Shown here piece by piece: positions 45,609-55,361 of a stretch of DNA of 64,000 nucleotides (its first letter is position 1; each line of letters opens with the position of its first letter). The position numbers were made by a program, and so were the translations under genes. The DNA is from Bdellovibrionota bacterium (GTDB lineage Bacteria; Bdellovibrionota_G; JALEGL01; DATDPG01), in assembly GCA_963668355.1 (NCBI GenBank), contig OY764265.1:2705742-2769741 (forward strand). Direction: 5' to 3'. Under the pieces are notes generated by a model. The model had not been told where the DNA came from and did no database searches. It saw nothing but the letters and a program-made list of their open reading frames with translations.

Positions 45609-47378
45609 GTGTCTAAAGAGACCGAAAGCAATAAAGACATCGAACTCCTTTTGACCCTCATGGATAAAGCGGTTCGACAGTTCATGCTATATGGACGAAA
45701 TCATCCACAATTTGCTTCCGCTTCCAACGACTTCTACAGTCGATTGAAAGATTTTTTCACCTCTCATTCCGTCTTGGACTTAAACGTCAAACGAACGGAA
45801 ATTCAATGGGGTGGAAAGAAGGTCTACGAAGTTAGCAAAAAGGATGGAAACTACATCCAACAAATGTACGTGGATGGAATTCGCAGGCTTGAAATTCTTC
45901 CGTCCGTTGAAGTTTCGGAGCTTGAGGATTTTGTCTCGGTTCTTGGACGAGATGTACAAAGTTATGAAAGCCAAGAGGATGACACCACGACCCTCCTATG
46001 GAAGCTAGCTCTTCCAAACGTAAAAACGGAAACCATCGATATTTATGCCAGCGACCGATTGGCCATTCTTCAGCAGGATGACCTTTCCCAGCAAAACCTT
46101 TCGGAGGAGGACAAAAAGAATAAAGATTACTTTGATAATATGATTTACAAACTTTTGGGATATGAAACCGAAAGTCCTTCGGAAAACACCCCTCCTACGT
46201 TTTCAAAAAAAAGTCATTCGGCTTTCCAGGAAGAAATCAAAACCCCCGCGACCGAAGAATTTTTTCATCTGACGGAGACTGAAAGGAAATCTCTCGATGA
46301 AGAAATCGAAAAAATTAGAAATCGAGATTATCTTTCAGAGATTGTGGTCATTTTCAATGAGGTCTTCGAAGTGGAGAAGGACACCCAAAATTTTCCGCTT
46401 CTCCTTCAGGTGTATACAGACGCAATCGGAAACTTCATGGACAAAGGGGAACTGGGAAAAGCATCGACCTGGTTAAAGTCCCTGCGAGCGTCCCAGATGA
46501 AGATTGGCCAAACCAACTTAGATGCTCATGAACTCATCGAAGAGGAAATTTCAAGAATCGCTTCTTCCGAACGTTTGGCCAACCTCGGCAAACAGGTCGC
46601 AGAAGGAAAGTTCACAAACCCAAAAGAATGGGTCACGTTGTTTTCCTATTTAGGAGAAAAAGCTGCTGCGTCCATTTGTGAATTCCTGTCACATGTTCCT
46701 CAAGAATCCATTCATGAATCGGTTCGAACCTTCCTGATGGAACAAGCCAAAGGGCAAACCGACGTTTATTTAGCCTACCTTAAAAAGGCGCAGTGGCAGA
46801 TTGTTCGAGACATGGTTCGAATCTTGTCTTCGCTATTGGATGCTCAAGTTCTTTCCACCGTGTTCAAGCATGTCGCGATTCACCCCGCTCCAGACGTCCG
46901 TTCAGAAGTCCTCCGCCACATCTCCAAGTATTCACCGGACTTTCGAGCAAACCTTCTCAAACGGGGGATTTCAGATTCTTCAGAGTCGGTTCGGGCACTC
47001 TGTTTCGGCATCATCGTCCGAGATCCCATCCCAGAGTTGGCCAAAATCATCGCCGAACAAGTTCCCAAACCCGATTTCCTTGAGAAAACCGCTAATGAAA
47101 AACGAGTTACCTTGCTTGCGCTGGCGCAATGTGGAGGAACAGGAACCCTCAAATTTTTGAACGAAATTGTAGAGGATTCGGGGACCACGCCAGCTCACGA
47201 TGAACTTCGAATGGCTGCGTTACAAGCCATTGCGGCAGTTCAGGACCCCAAGGCCGACGAAATCTTACAAGATTGGGCAAAAAAAAGTTTTTTTCAGAAA
47301 AGTCTTCGAGATGCCGCACGACGTCTTCTGGAACGACGAACTCCGATTCCCCAACCCGAAGAGGAGCGTGAAAAATGA
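45609..47378 (+). CDS. HEAT/ARM-repeat protein with an N-terminal domain shared with the downstream HD-GYP protein
   Basis: 589 aa. C-terminal HEAT-like repeats (...AALQAIAAVQDPKADEIL). ATGA overlap with the next gene. Confidence 0.5.
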   Translation: MSKETESNKDIELLLTLMDKAVRQFMLYGRNHPQFASASNDFYSRLKDFFTSHSVLDLNVKRTEIQWGGKKVYEVSKKDGNYIQQMYVDGIRRLEILPSVEVSELEDFVSVLGRDVQSYESQEDDTTTLLWKLALPNVKTETIDIYASDRLAILQQDDLSQQNLSEEDKKNKDYFDNMIYKLLGYETESPSENTPPTFSKKSHSAFQEEIKTPATEEFFHLTETERKSLDEEIEKIRNRDYLSEIVVIFNEVFEVEKDTQNFPLLLQVYTDAIGNFMDKGELGKASTWLKSLRASQMKIGQTNLDAHELIEEEISRIASSERLANLGKQVAEGKFTNPKEWVTLFSYLGEKAAASICEFLSHVPQESIHESVRTFLMEQAKGQTDVYLAYLKKAQWQIVRDMVRILSSLLDAQVLSTVFKHVAIHPAPDVRSEVLRHISKYSPDFRANLLKRGISDSSESVRALCFGIIVRDPIPELAKIIAEQVPKPDFLEKTANEKRVTLLALAQCGGTGTLKFLNEIVEDSGTTPAHDELRMAALQAIAAVQDPKADEILQDWAKKSFFQKSLRDAARRLLERRTPIPQPEEEREK

Positions 47379-48862
47379 CCGAACAAGAGCTCACGAAATC
47401 TTCTGGCCCCCGAAACCATGAAGACAAAATCATTTTGAATCAGATGGGAAGAAAATGGCTGATCTCATTCTTTTCCCTCCTTCGAACCGTAAAAATTCAT
47501 ACGCCAGACAATGAGATTTTTACCGCTCCCATCAAAACACTCCACGAAACCGGCCAAAAAATTTTCGATTTAGATGGCAAGGCCGATTTTCGTGTCTTGG
47601 AAGATCAATTTTTTCTAAACAATCTTTGGGTGAAGCCGGCTCTATCCGAACGAGAACAGCTCTATCAATTGGCCAATCACCTCAAATCCAACGACATGGG
47701 AGGGATTTCCCTTCGAGCCAATCCAAGTGAGTCAGACTGGCGAAGCTTCCTGGGAGCCATTCGAAAAGTCAACGCCCCTTTAAAAGAGCGTGTTGCTGAA
47801 ATGAACCGTGCACTGGCGGAAGCCCGAATCGAACAAATTGAAATTCTTCGACTCTTGGTACTCAAAGACCAGAACGAAGAAGTTCTTCCACTCCCTGCCC
47901 TGGTGTTCGCGGGGGTCAAAGCGTATTCCAAATGTCTCATGGTTTTGAAAGAATTTACGCTTTCAACGCCGGGAGAAGAACAGGTCGGAGCCATTCGAAA
48001 GGCTCAACGAACCATCTGCGAGATGGTCGAAATGGCAGAAAAAACGCCCAAGCTTTTCCTCCTCCTCTCTCTTTTGAAAAACTTCGATTCCTATTTCTTT
48101 CATCACGGCGTGAATGTCTGCATCCTCTCTTTGGCAACCGGCGTTCATATGGGAATGAAACGAAAAGAATTGGTCGATTTGGGGCTCGCAGCCCTCCTTC
48201 ATGATGTCGGAAAGCTTCTTTTACCCGAAGAGCTTCTGAACAAACCCGAAGACCTTTCCGAAGACGAATGGAATCGAATTCAACACCATCCCATCGATTC
48301 GGCAAAATCCTTCATGACACTCGGGTACATCAATGAGTCTGTCGCCGAAAGAATCTTGGTGGCTTATCAGCATCACTGGGCCTCCGGATCTCCAAAGTCT
48401 TACCCTCAACCCCGGCGTCCCATGAATCCGAGTCTGATGTCGAGCATTGTTGCTGTCGCCGTAACGTATGATGCCTTGACCACGCCCAAGAACTACCGAG
48501 ATTCGTTCGCTCCCTATCAAGCCATACGAATTTTATCCTCTCAGGCAAAAAAGGGGTTTTACAAAAATGAAATCATCAAAACTTTCCTCAATTTAATGGG
48601 ACCCGCGCCTTGTGGAAGCTGGGTAAAACTCGACTCAGGAGAAATGGGCTTGGTGGCTGTGGGAGGATGTCACGCGCCCCGGACCCACTTTCCTCTCCTA
48701 TTCGTTCCCAAAGAAAAAGGGAGCGGAGATTGGGTAAACACAGCCGAAAACAACCCGAAGACCGGACAACGCCCCCGACTTCTCTACATCAAAGAAAATC
48801 GACCCCACACCTATGGTGTTTTAGGGAGCCTTTTCAACTCCGGCGACGGCCAGATTTTTTAG
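47375..48862 (+). CDS. HD domain phosphohydrolase, HD-GYP-like (candidate c-di-GMP phosphodiesterase)
   Basis: HD motif LLHDVGK, further His/Asp ligands (HHP, H), and a degenerate GYP region (TLGYINESV). N-terminal sensory domain. Confidence 0.7.
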   Translation: MTEQELTKSSGPRNHEDKIILNQMGRKWLISFFSLLRTVKIHTPDNEIFTAPIKTLHETGQKIFDLDGKADFRVLEDQFFLNNLWVKPALSEREQLYQLANHLKSNDMGGISLRANPSESDWRSFLGAIRKVNAPLKERVAEMNRALAEARIEQIEILRLLVLKDQNEEVLPLPALVFAGVKAYSKCLMVLKEFTLSTPGEEQVGAIRKAQRTICEMVEMAEKTPKLFLLLSLLKNFDSYFFHHGVNVCILSLATGVHMGMKRKELVDLGLAALLHDVGKLLLPEELLNKPEDLSEDEWNRIQHHPIDSAKSFMTLGYINESVAERILVAYQHHWASGSPKSYPQPRRPMNPSLMSSIVAVAVTYDALTTPKNYRDSFAPYQAIRILSSQAKKGFYKNEIIKTFLNLMGPAPCGSWVKLDSGEMGLVAVGGCHAPRTHFPLLFVPKEKGSGDWVNTAENNPKTGQRPRLLYIKENRPHTYGVLGSLFNSGDGQIF

Positions 48863-48868
48863 ATCGAG

Positions 48869-50365
48869 TTAAAAACTTGAAGCCAACTCGATGAACGTTC
48901 TCACACCGAATCCCGTTCCTCCTTTCGGAGAAATGGGCAATTCATATTCCGGATACGCAGGACCGGCGATGTCCAAATGGGCCCATGAAGAACAATCCAC
49001 GAATTCTTCCAAAAACAGTCCAGCGGTGATGGCTCCGCCCCAACGTCCACCGACGTTCTTTAGGTCAGCCACTTCGCTCTTTAAGCTCTTCAAATAATTC
49101 TTTTCATTGGGAAGCACCCAAAGCTTCTCTCCAACTTCATCGCCTGCGCTTCGAACACGCGTAGCCAGTTTTGGATTGTTCGTAATGATGCCCGCAATCT
49201 CTTGCCCAAGAGCCACAACACAAGCTCCGGTCAATGTGGCGGCATTCAACACATCATCCACTTTCAGTTCTTTGGAATAAGAAAGTGCGTCAGCCAAAAT
49301 GAGTCGCCCCTCGGCATCCGTATTTTCAATTTCCACACTCTTTCCGTTGTACCCTTTCACGACATCTCCCGGTCGAATGGAGTGCGCGCTGGGTAAGTTT
49401 TCAACGATTGGCACCAAGGCGTGGACATGAACGGGCAGCTTCAGTTTTGCAATTCCCCAGATCGCTCCTAGAACAGCCGCAGCACCAGCCATGTCCGTTT
49501 TCATCCCATACATAGCACTTTGAGGCTTGAGGGATAGTCCACCACTATCGAACGTGACGCCTTTTCCCACCAGGGCAATTTTTCGTTTGGCTTTCTGTTT
49601 GGGACGATATTCCAGGTGAACCATTCTCGGTCGCACATCACTTCCCATTCCAACCGCCAAAATGAGATTCATCCCTCTCTTTTTGAGCTCCGCCTCTGAA
49701 AGCAACTTGAAGGTCAGTTTCTGATCCTTAGCAAGGACTTCGGCTTTTTTGGCCATGGTTTCCGGATTCACGATATTGGCTGGCTCATTGACCAGATCCC
49801 TGGCAATGAAGGTTGCCTGCGTACAAGCCACCGCCCTTTCTACGACGGTTTCCATCTTGCGTTTTTGGCGCACATCCCCAACCAGCACAGAAATCGATTG
49901 AAATGTTTTTTCGGGGTCTCCACCTTTCAAATGGGGAAAAAACCGATACGTCCTGAGTAGGAAGCCTTCCAGAGCGGCATCAAAGTGGTTTTCGATTTCT
50001 TTCCCTTGTCCGAGGGGGAGCGAAACCTTGAGCAATTTTCTCTCCTGGATCGCCCTACAGGCCCCGGCATAAGCATTTCGGAAAGCATCTCGCGAAAAAT
50101 TCTTCTTTTCACCCAACCCAACAAAAAGAATGCGTTTAAAAGACAGATCGAAGAAATCACACCAGAGGGTCTTTCCGTCCTCTCCTTCAAATCCATTTTG
50201 TTCCATGGCTTTTTTCAAAGCGCCCTTTAGAAATCGGTCCATTTCCTTAAAAGGACTCAGCAAGGGAGTTTTTTGAAAAATGGGGACCACGAGCACATCG
50301 GCCGCTTCCGTCAATAGAGGTTGCTTCAACACGGTAGGATTTGGGAAAAGACTATTTTTCATCAT
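48869..50365 (-). CDS. pepA: leucyl aminopeptidase (M17)
   Basis: NTDAEGRLILADAL signature. Confidence 0.9.
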   Translation of the reverse strand: MMKNSLFPNPTVLKQPLLTEAADVLVVPIFQKTPLLSPFKEMDRFLKGALKKAMEQNGFEGEDGKTLWCDFFDLSFKRILFVGLGEKKNFSRDAFRNAYAGACRAIQERKLLKVSLPLGQGKEIENHFDAALEGFLLRTYRFFPHLKGGDPEKTFQSISVLVGDVRQKRKMETVVERAVACTQATFIARDLVNEPANIVNPETMAKKAEVLAKDQKLTFKLLSEAELKKRGMNLILAVGMGSDVRPRMVHLEYRPKQKAKRKIALVGKGVTFDSGGLSLKPQSAMYGMKTDMAGAAAVLGAIWGIAKLKLPVHVHALVPIVENLPSAHSIRPGDVVKGYNGKSVEIENTDAEGRLILADALSYSKELKVDDVLNAATLTGACVVALGQEIAGIITNNPKLATRVRSAGDEVGEKLWVLPNEKNYLKSLKSEVADLKNVGGRWGGAITAGLFLEEFVDCSSWAHLDIAGPAYPEYELPISPKGGTGFGVRTFIELASSF

Positions 50366-50402
50366 GGTTTTCTATCCTGACGACTTGAAAAAAAAAGTCC
50401 AC

Positions 50403-50430
50403 TTGACAGTGCTTTTTCCTGCGGTATAAG
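50403..50430 (+). promoter_or_regulatory. sigma70-like promoter (TTGACA-16-TATAAG) with an upstream A-tract
   Basis: Read directly: acTTGACAgtgctttttcctgcggTATAAGcc. Confidence 0.4.
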
Positions 50431-50571
50431 CCGAGCGATTTTTTCGAATTCGAGCTTCAACGAAGGCCAAGAACGGATTTTGAGGTTGTGGTTGATCGAA
50501 ATTGCGATGGATTTTTCTTGTCGCTGAACTCCCCGCCTTCCGAAAAGCTCGATTTTTTGAAAAGGGGCTTG

Positions 50572-50620
50572 AGAACTGCTTCTCAGGCCCCTTTCATTTT
50601 CTCGTTTTCCTTGACTTAGT
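50572..50620 (+). terminator. intrinsic terminator-like hairpin (15-bp stem, CTGC loop, T-rich tail)
   Basis: aaaggggcttgagaa-ctgc-ttctcaggccccttt followed by cattttctcgtttt. Confidence 0.45.
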
Positions 50621-50735
50621 GACATATGTGACGCACTCTATCGGAGTGATGCCCCCTTGCCGCACACCCCTTCGGCAAACAGCTATAATCGTTCAACTCA
50701 TCGATAATAAAGGAATTTATTTCTTAATTAACATA

Positions 50736-50765
50736 TTGCGTTATCTTTGCTTTTTTCGTTATAAT
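50736..50765 (+). promoter_or_regulatory. candidate promoter (TTGCGT-18-TATAAT) 9 nt upstream of the lipoprotein ATG, implying a near-leaderless mRNA
   Basis: ttgcgttatctttgcttttttcgttataat acgcgcgcc ATG. No SD is visible. Confidence 0.3.
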
Positions 50766-50774
50766 ACGCGCGCC

Positions 50775-51947
50775 ATGCCAAAAGGCTTTCAGACTTGGGA
50801 TCTACACGTCCCGAATCATTTTTTCGCTGGGACGTTTGGGCTCCTTTCTCTTTTCATCTTCGGCTGCTCCGGACACACCCCCACCGTTAATCAAGAAGCC
50901 TTAAACAAATTCAAAGCGGCTCAAGCCCAACTTTCCGGTCCTTTTGATGGAACTCGAACTTCGGAGACTTCCCCAAATCCTACGGAACCCGTCTGGGCTG
51001 CGCCCCAAAATACTGACCCAGATCCAGAGACCAAGAACGACTCCACCAAGGCTGCGGAAAAACCATCTTCCGGGTCCGAACCTTCCGAAGACGACCCCTC
51101 GACGGATCCCAATCCCAAGCTTTCCCAACCCCCAGAAGGATATTTATCTACGCGTTCCTTTCTTGGCCCTGCCGGCCCCGTTTTCCAAAACATTTCCATC
51201 CATGAAAACATGTCGGCTGTCTTGGGCATTGATGAAATTCGGCCGGTCATTTTCATTCCTCCCGCCAAATATCAAGTGGGATTCATTCGACGGGGCTCCG
51301 GAGATGTCACGCTTCAAACATATAAATATGAACAAATCGGAGATACTTTCCAATACTGCGACTCCGTGTCCGGTCAGTGTTTCAAACTTCCCTCCAACAA
51401 ATCTGAAAAACGCAGTTTAGAGTTGGATTTGAATTGGACCGGACGAAAAGTCCCCTTAGTCGCTTATCGTAGAGGGACAACCGAAACGCCAAGCGACACC
51501 CATCCGCTCGACTTCATTCTCATCAAACACGATCCAAATTACGAAGGTGCCGACTACGCAAATGTTTTTGATTACGAAGATCCGCCTTTGCAATGGAAAG
51601 CTTTCCTCTTTTCCAAAGGATTTAAGAGACTGGATCGCGTCTACAATACGGCCGACCTATGGTTTCGGTCCACGGGTGAGCGCGACGAGTATCAAATCGA
51701 CATCAAACGCTTTGAATCCAACACGAACCCCGGTCCCTGGAAGACATTGCGCGTAAATGTAAGGGACGAGCTTCCCTGGAAACTTGCCCAACCCACAAAG
51801 AACACAAAGGGAATGGAGATTTACCTTTCGGAGAAAGATGAAAAATTATCCATGACCGGAAAAGTGTTTTACCCAGATGGCTCAGAAGTTTGGTTTATCG
51901 CCTTCCCTGAGACGACTTTGATGACCCTCGCTTACGCCGAAAAATAA
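50775..51947 (+). CDS. hypothetical lipoprotein with Ser/Thr/Pro/Asp-rich linker
   Basis: Internal start MPKGFQ...LFIFGCSG (lipobox). The longest ORF from 50502 runs through the promoter and terminator region and is unlikely to be coding there. Confidence 0.5.
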   Translation: MPKGFQTWDLHVPNHFFAGTFGLLSLFIFGCSGHTPTVNQEALNKFKAAQAQLSGPFDGTRTSETSPNPTEPVWAAPQNTDPDPETKNDSTKAAEKPSSGSEPSEDDPSTDPNPKLSQPPEGYLSTRSFLGPAGPVFQNISIHENMSAVLGIDEIRPVIFIPPAKYQVGFIRRGSGDVTLQTYKYEQIGDTFQYCDSVSGQCFKLPSNKSEKRSLELDLNWTGRKVPLVAYRRGTTETPSDTHPLDFILIKHDPNYEGADYANVFDYEDPPLQWKAFLFSKGFKRLDRVYNTADLWFRSTGERDEYQIDIKRFESNTNPGPWKTLRVNVRDELPWKLAQPTKNTKGMEIYLSEKDEKLSMTGKVFYPDGSEVWFIAFPETTLMTLAYAEK

Positions 51948-53253
51948 CACGTAGGGGCAACCCCTTCATCTGACAATGTTCCTGCAAGGCATTCGTCCAA
52001 TATCTTTCATACGAGGGGTCAATCCATCGAGGATCATTGCACCAAACAAAAAACCGACTCGCGAAGTCAGGATCCTGAGACAAGCCAGAGAGACGAATCC
52101 GATGAGATCGTTTTCCTTTCGGAGGATGTTCACCCAAAATCAATCGAAAAACCTCTTTGAGTTTTGCGGGCTCAAAGAACTTGCTTTGTCTTCGGTGAAT
52201 GGCTTTGGCCTCATTTAGTAACGTATCTACAGACATCCCGGTTTTCGCTGAAACAAATCGAACCACAGCAAAACTCAAAAACGGCGCCTTGAGATACAAT
52301 TCTTCTCGAAATTCTTGGCGATTTCTCTGAGAATCTCGAACCAAGTCCCATTTATTCGCGGCAACGCAGAAACCTTTTCCCTGCTCTAAAGCCAGAGCCA
52401 CAATGCGCTCATCCTGTGTCGTCATTGGGCTCGTGGCATCCAAAACCAAGATGATGACATCTGCACGTTCCACACTTCGAAATGAGGTGGCCGCAGAAAC
52501 CTTTTCTACGCCATCTTGGACTTTAAACTTTCGTCGAATTCCAGCCGTGTCTAAGAGTAGATATCGATGACCTTCTACCTCCGCTTCAACATCCACAACG
52601 TCTCTTGTGGTTCCCGCAATCTCCGTGACCGCCAAGCGCGGTTCATTCAAAATGGCGTTGATCAAGGAAGATTTCCCCACATTGGGCCGCCCTATAAATG
52701 CAATTTTGCTCGTCTCTCTGTCAGGTTCGGATTCCACATCGGCAAGAAGCTTTCCTTTCAATTCCAAGCCCAATGCCTCTCGAAGAGACTCAACACCAAT
52801 GCTGTGCTCAGCAGACACTTCGAAGACCTCGGACATGCCCAGTCGAAGGAATTCATCAAAAGCTTCCTTCTTGGAACCCGGATCCGCCTTATTAATCACC
52901 AACAAACTCTTAGTGCCTGTCTCCCGCGCCCTCTTCACCACAATTTCGTCGGCATACGTTAAGCCTTCTCGACCATCCACGACCACCAACAATAGATCGG
53001 CTTCCTTCATGGCTTGATCAATTTGCGATAAAACTGCGGCGTCAAGCACATCGCTTTCTTCGACCAAGAACCCTCCGGTATCCACCAAACGGGCTTGACC
53101 GCCCTCCAATGAGAGGGTTTCAGAAATACGATCCCTCGTAACCCCTGGCCGATCGTGAACAATGGCGCGCCGTCTTCCAACCAATCGATTGAATAAGGTC
53201 GATTTGCCAACGTTCGGCCGTCCTGTAATGACAATGGTGGGAATCATGCTCAT
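51895..53253 (-). CDS. der: ribosome-associated GTPase Der (EngA), tandem GTPase domains
   Basis: Two G domains (GRPNVGKSTLFN and GRPNVGKSSLIN) plus a KH-like C-terminus. Confidence 0.9.
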   Translation of the reverse strand: MSMIPTIVITGRPNVGKSTLFNRLVGRRRAIVHDRPGVTRDRISETLSLEGGQARLVDTGGFLVEESDVLDAAVLSQIDQAMKEADLLLVVVDGREGLTYADEIVVKRARETGTKSLLVINKADPGSKKEAFDEFLRLGMSEVFEVSAEHSIGVESLREALGLELKGKLLADVESEPDRETSKIAFIGRPNVGKSSLINAILNEPRLAVTEIAGTTRDVVDVEAEVEGHRYLLLDTAGIRRKFKVQDGVEKVSAATSFRSVERADVIILVLDATSPMTTQDERIVALALEQGKGFCVAANKWDLVRDSQRNRQEFREELYLKAPFLSFAVVRFVSAKTGMSVDTLLNEAKAIHRRQSKFFEPAKLKEVFRLILGEHPPKGKRSHRIRLSGLSQDPDFASRFFVWCNDPRWIDPSYERYWTNALQEHCQMKGLPLRVIFRRKRGSSKSSQGRR

Positions 53254-53999
53254 TCGTCTTCTTTGGAAATTTTTTTCTCTTCTTTTTCTGCGCGCATGGA
53301 TTGCAAGGCAATATGGGCGGCCTGTTGTTCGGAAGCTTTCTTACTCTTGGCTCGACCTCGGCCATACACCTCTGCGTTGACCTGAACTTCGGACTCAAAC
53401 GTCTTGCTGTGGTCTGGACCTTCCTCCAAAACGAGATGATATGTGGGGGTCGTGTTATGCACCCGTTGCGTAAACTCCTGCAACATCGTTTTGTAATCAT
53501 GCTTCTCATAATGTTTTTCCACATTCTCCAACAAATCACGCATGGAAAAACGAATGAACGTTTCAACGTCCCCAATGCCCCCCTCTTGGAAAATGGCGCA
53601 AAGCAAAGCCTCAAAGGCATTGGCCAGGAGAGAATCCTTTTTTCTTCCCTGCGTAACTTCTTCGCCTTTGCCAAGACGCAAAAAAGGACCCAGATCGATT
53701 TTTCTCGCCGACTTTGCCAAACTTCGTTCATTGACCAACGTCGATCGATATCTAGAAAGCGTCCCTTCGCTTTCTTCAGGAAACTCATCCATCAACCAAG
53801 AACTCACCGTAAGCTGCAAAACTGCGTCTCCGAGAAACTCCATACGTTCATTGTCCGAAAGTCCCTGCCCCGAATGTTCATTGGCATACGAGCGATGGGT
53901 CAAAGCTGTTACAAAGAAATCTTTCTGGTGAATGGGGTGCCCCAGGACCTCTTCGATTCGGTTCAATAAATGCTCTATGGGCTCAGCCGTTGTTTCCAT
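53250..53999 (-). CDS. rnc: ribonuclease III
   Basis: ERMEFLGDAVL signature and a C-terminal dsRBD. Confidence 0.9.
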   Translation of the reverse strand: METTAEPIEHLLNRIEEVLGHPIHQKDFFVTALTHRSYANEHSGQGLSDNERMEFLGDAVLQLTVSSWLMDEFPEESEGTLSRYRSTLVNERSLAKSARKIDLGPFLRLGKGEEVTQGRKKDSLLANAFEALLCAIFQEGGIGDVETFIRFSMRDLLENVEKHYEKHDYKTMLQEFTQRVHNTTPTYHLVLEEGPDHSKTFESEVQVNAEVYGRGRAKSKKASEQQAAHIALQSMRAEKEEKKISKEDE

Positions 54000-55255
54000 T
54001 ACGCCACCACTCCTTCCACTACATCTCCTTCATGTTTCAGCAATCTCACGTCCACCAATCTTTCCATCAGACGATCAGGCCCCTCCATTCGAACCGGGAT
54101 GTATTGTGGGGTATAACCACACAGACGTCCTTTCGCATCCCGACGTTTCTCGACCAACACGCCCTGCTCCATACCCAAAAACCGAGACTCAAAAGCCATC
54201 CGTTTCTTTTTTCCCAAGGCTTGGAGAATATTGACGCGCTCCCGTTTGACTTCCGAAGGCACATCATCCTTAAAGTTTGCGGCCCGTGTTCCTGGCCGTG
54301 GAGAGTAACGAAATACATGCAAATAGGTGATGGGAAGATCTTCAATCAATTTCACCGTTTGTTGGAAATCCTGCTCCGTCTCACCCGGAAAACCGGCGAT
54401 CACATCAGAGCCGATGGACATATCTGAGCGGGCTTGGCCCAATGCCATCACCCGATCCCGAAAGTTTTTCACCCGATGCTTTCGGTTCATTCTTCGAAGA
54501 ACCTCATCGCTTCCACTTTGCATCGGGACATGAAAATGAGGCTGAATATTAGCCCTTTCCCGGACCAAACGAATCAAATCCGGAGAAAGAGTCGTTGGTT
54601 CCACCGAACTGACCCGAAGGGCCATTTGAGGAAACGCATTCATCAACTCGCGAAGCGCTTCAGAAAGTTTTTTCTTCGGCGTGAGATCTCGTCCATAAGC
54701 CCCCAAATGAACTCCTGTCACGACCACTTCCTGGTATCCCGTTTCAGCATATGCCTGCATTTGGGGAATCAATTCCGAGACCGGGATCGACCGACTTCTT
54801 CCCCGGATATAGGGAAGAATGCAAAAGGCGCAATAAGCATTGCATCCATCCTGCATTTTCAAGTAGGCCCGCGTCTGCTCGCCAAATTTCTCAATGATTT
54901 CAGGAGCCTTCCCGGCAATGGGAAGTCCCATTTTTTGGGGAATTTGGAACTGGTTGGCCATGGGGACAACTTCCCGAACCCCAACCATGGATCGATATCG
55001 CTCTGGATCGGCTTCAGAAGAACAGCCCGTGACCAGAATCTCGGCATTTGGATGTTCTCGATGCAATTTTCGAAGAAGTTGACGGGCCTGCCGATCGGCT
55101 GAGGCCGTTACGGCGCAGGTATTCACAATCACGACATCAGGCTCAGTTTCGGCATTCACCTGAATCTCAGGTGCCTTCCGGAGCTGCGCCTCGATCGCTA
55201 CCGTGTCGGCCTTATTAACTTTACAGCCGAAGGTATACGTCCGAACCACCTTCAT
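53999..55255 (-). CDS. radical-SAM methylthiotransferase, MiaB/MtaB family
   Basis: N-terminal MTTase Cys triad (YTFGCKVN, closest to the MtaB consensus), radical SAM CxxxCxxC (CNAYCAFC), and a C-terminal TRAM domain. Confidence 0.85.
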   Translation of the reverse strand: MKVVRTYTFGCKVNKADTVAIEAQLRKAPEIQVNAETEPDVVIVNTCAVTASADRQARQLLRKLHREHPNAEILVTGCSSEADPERYRSMVGVREVVPMANQFQIPQKMGLPIAGKAPEIIEKFGEQTRAYLKMQDGCNAYCAFCILPYIRGRSRSIPVSELIPQMQAYAETGYQEVVVTGVHLGAYGRDLTPKKKLSEALRELMNAFPQMALRVSSVEPTTLSPDLIRLVRERANIQPHFHVPMQSGSDEVLRRMNRKHRVKNFRDRVMALGQARSDMSIGSDVIAGFPGETEQDFQQTVKLIEDLPITYLHVFRYSPRPGTRAANFKDDVPSEVKRERVNILQALGKKKRMAFESRFLGMEQGVLVEKRRDAKGRLCGYTPQYIPVRMEGPDRLMERLVDVRLLKHEGDVVEGVVA

Positions 55256-55361
55256 TTGGGTGCCCTCTTATAGAGATTTCTCAACGCAATCAAGACCTAG
55301 ATTTTCAAGCAAAAACGAACTTATTACCCTTCACCCCGGCATTCCGTTAGAGTGGGAATTC

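Noticed and set aside
50502-50774. N-terminal 91-aa extension of the ORF-track call 50502..51947
   Set aside because: The extension runs through a promoter-like element and a strong hairpin. The protein only becomes lipoprotein-like at MPKGFQ...FGCSG (50775). It is treated as non-coding leader.
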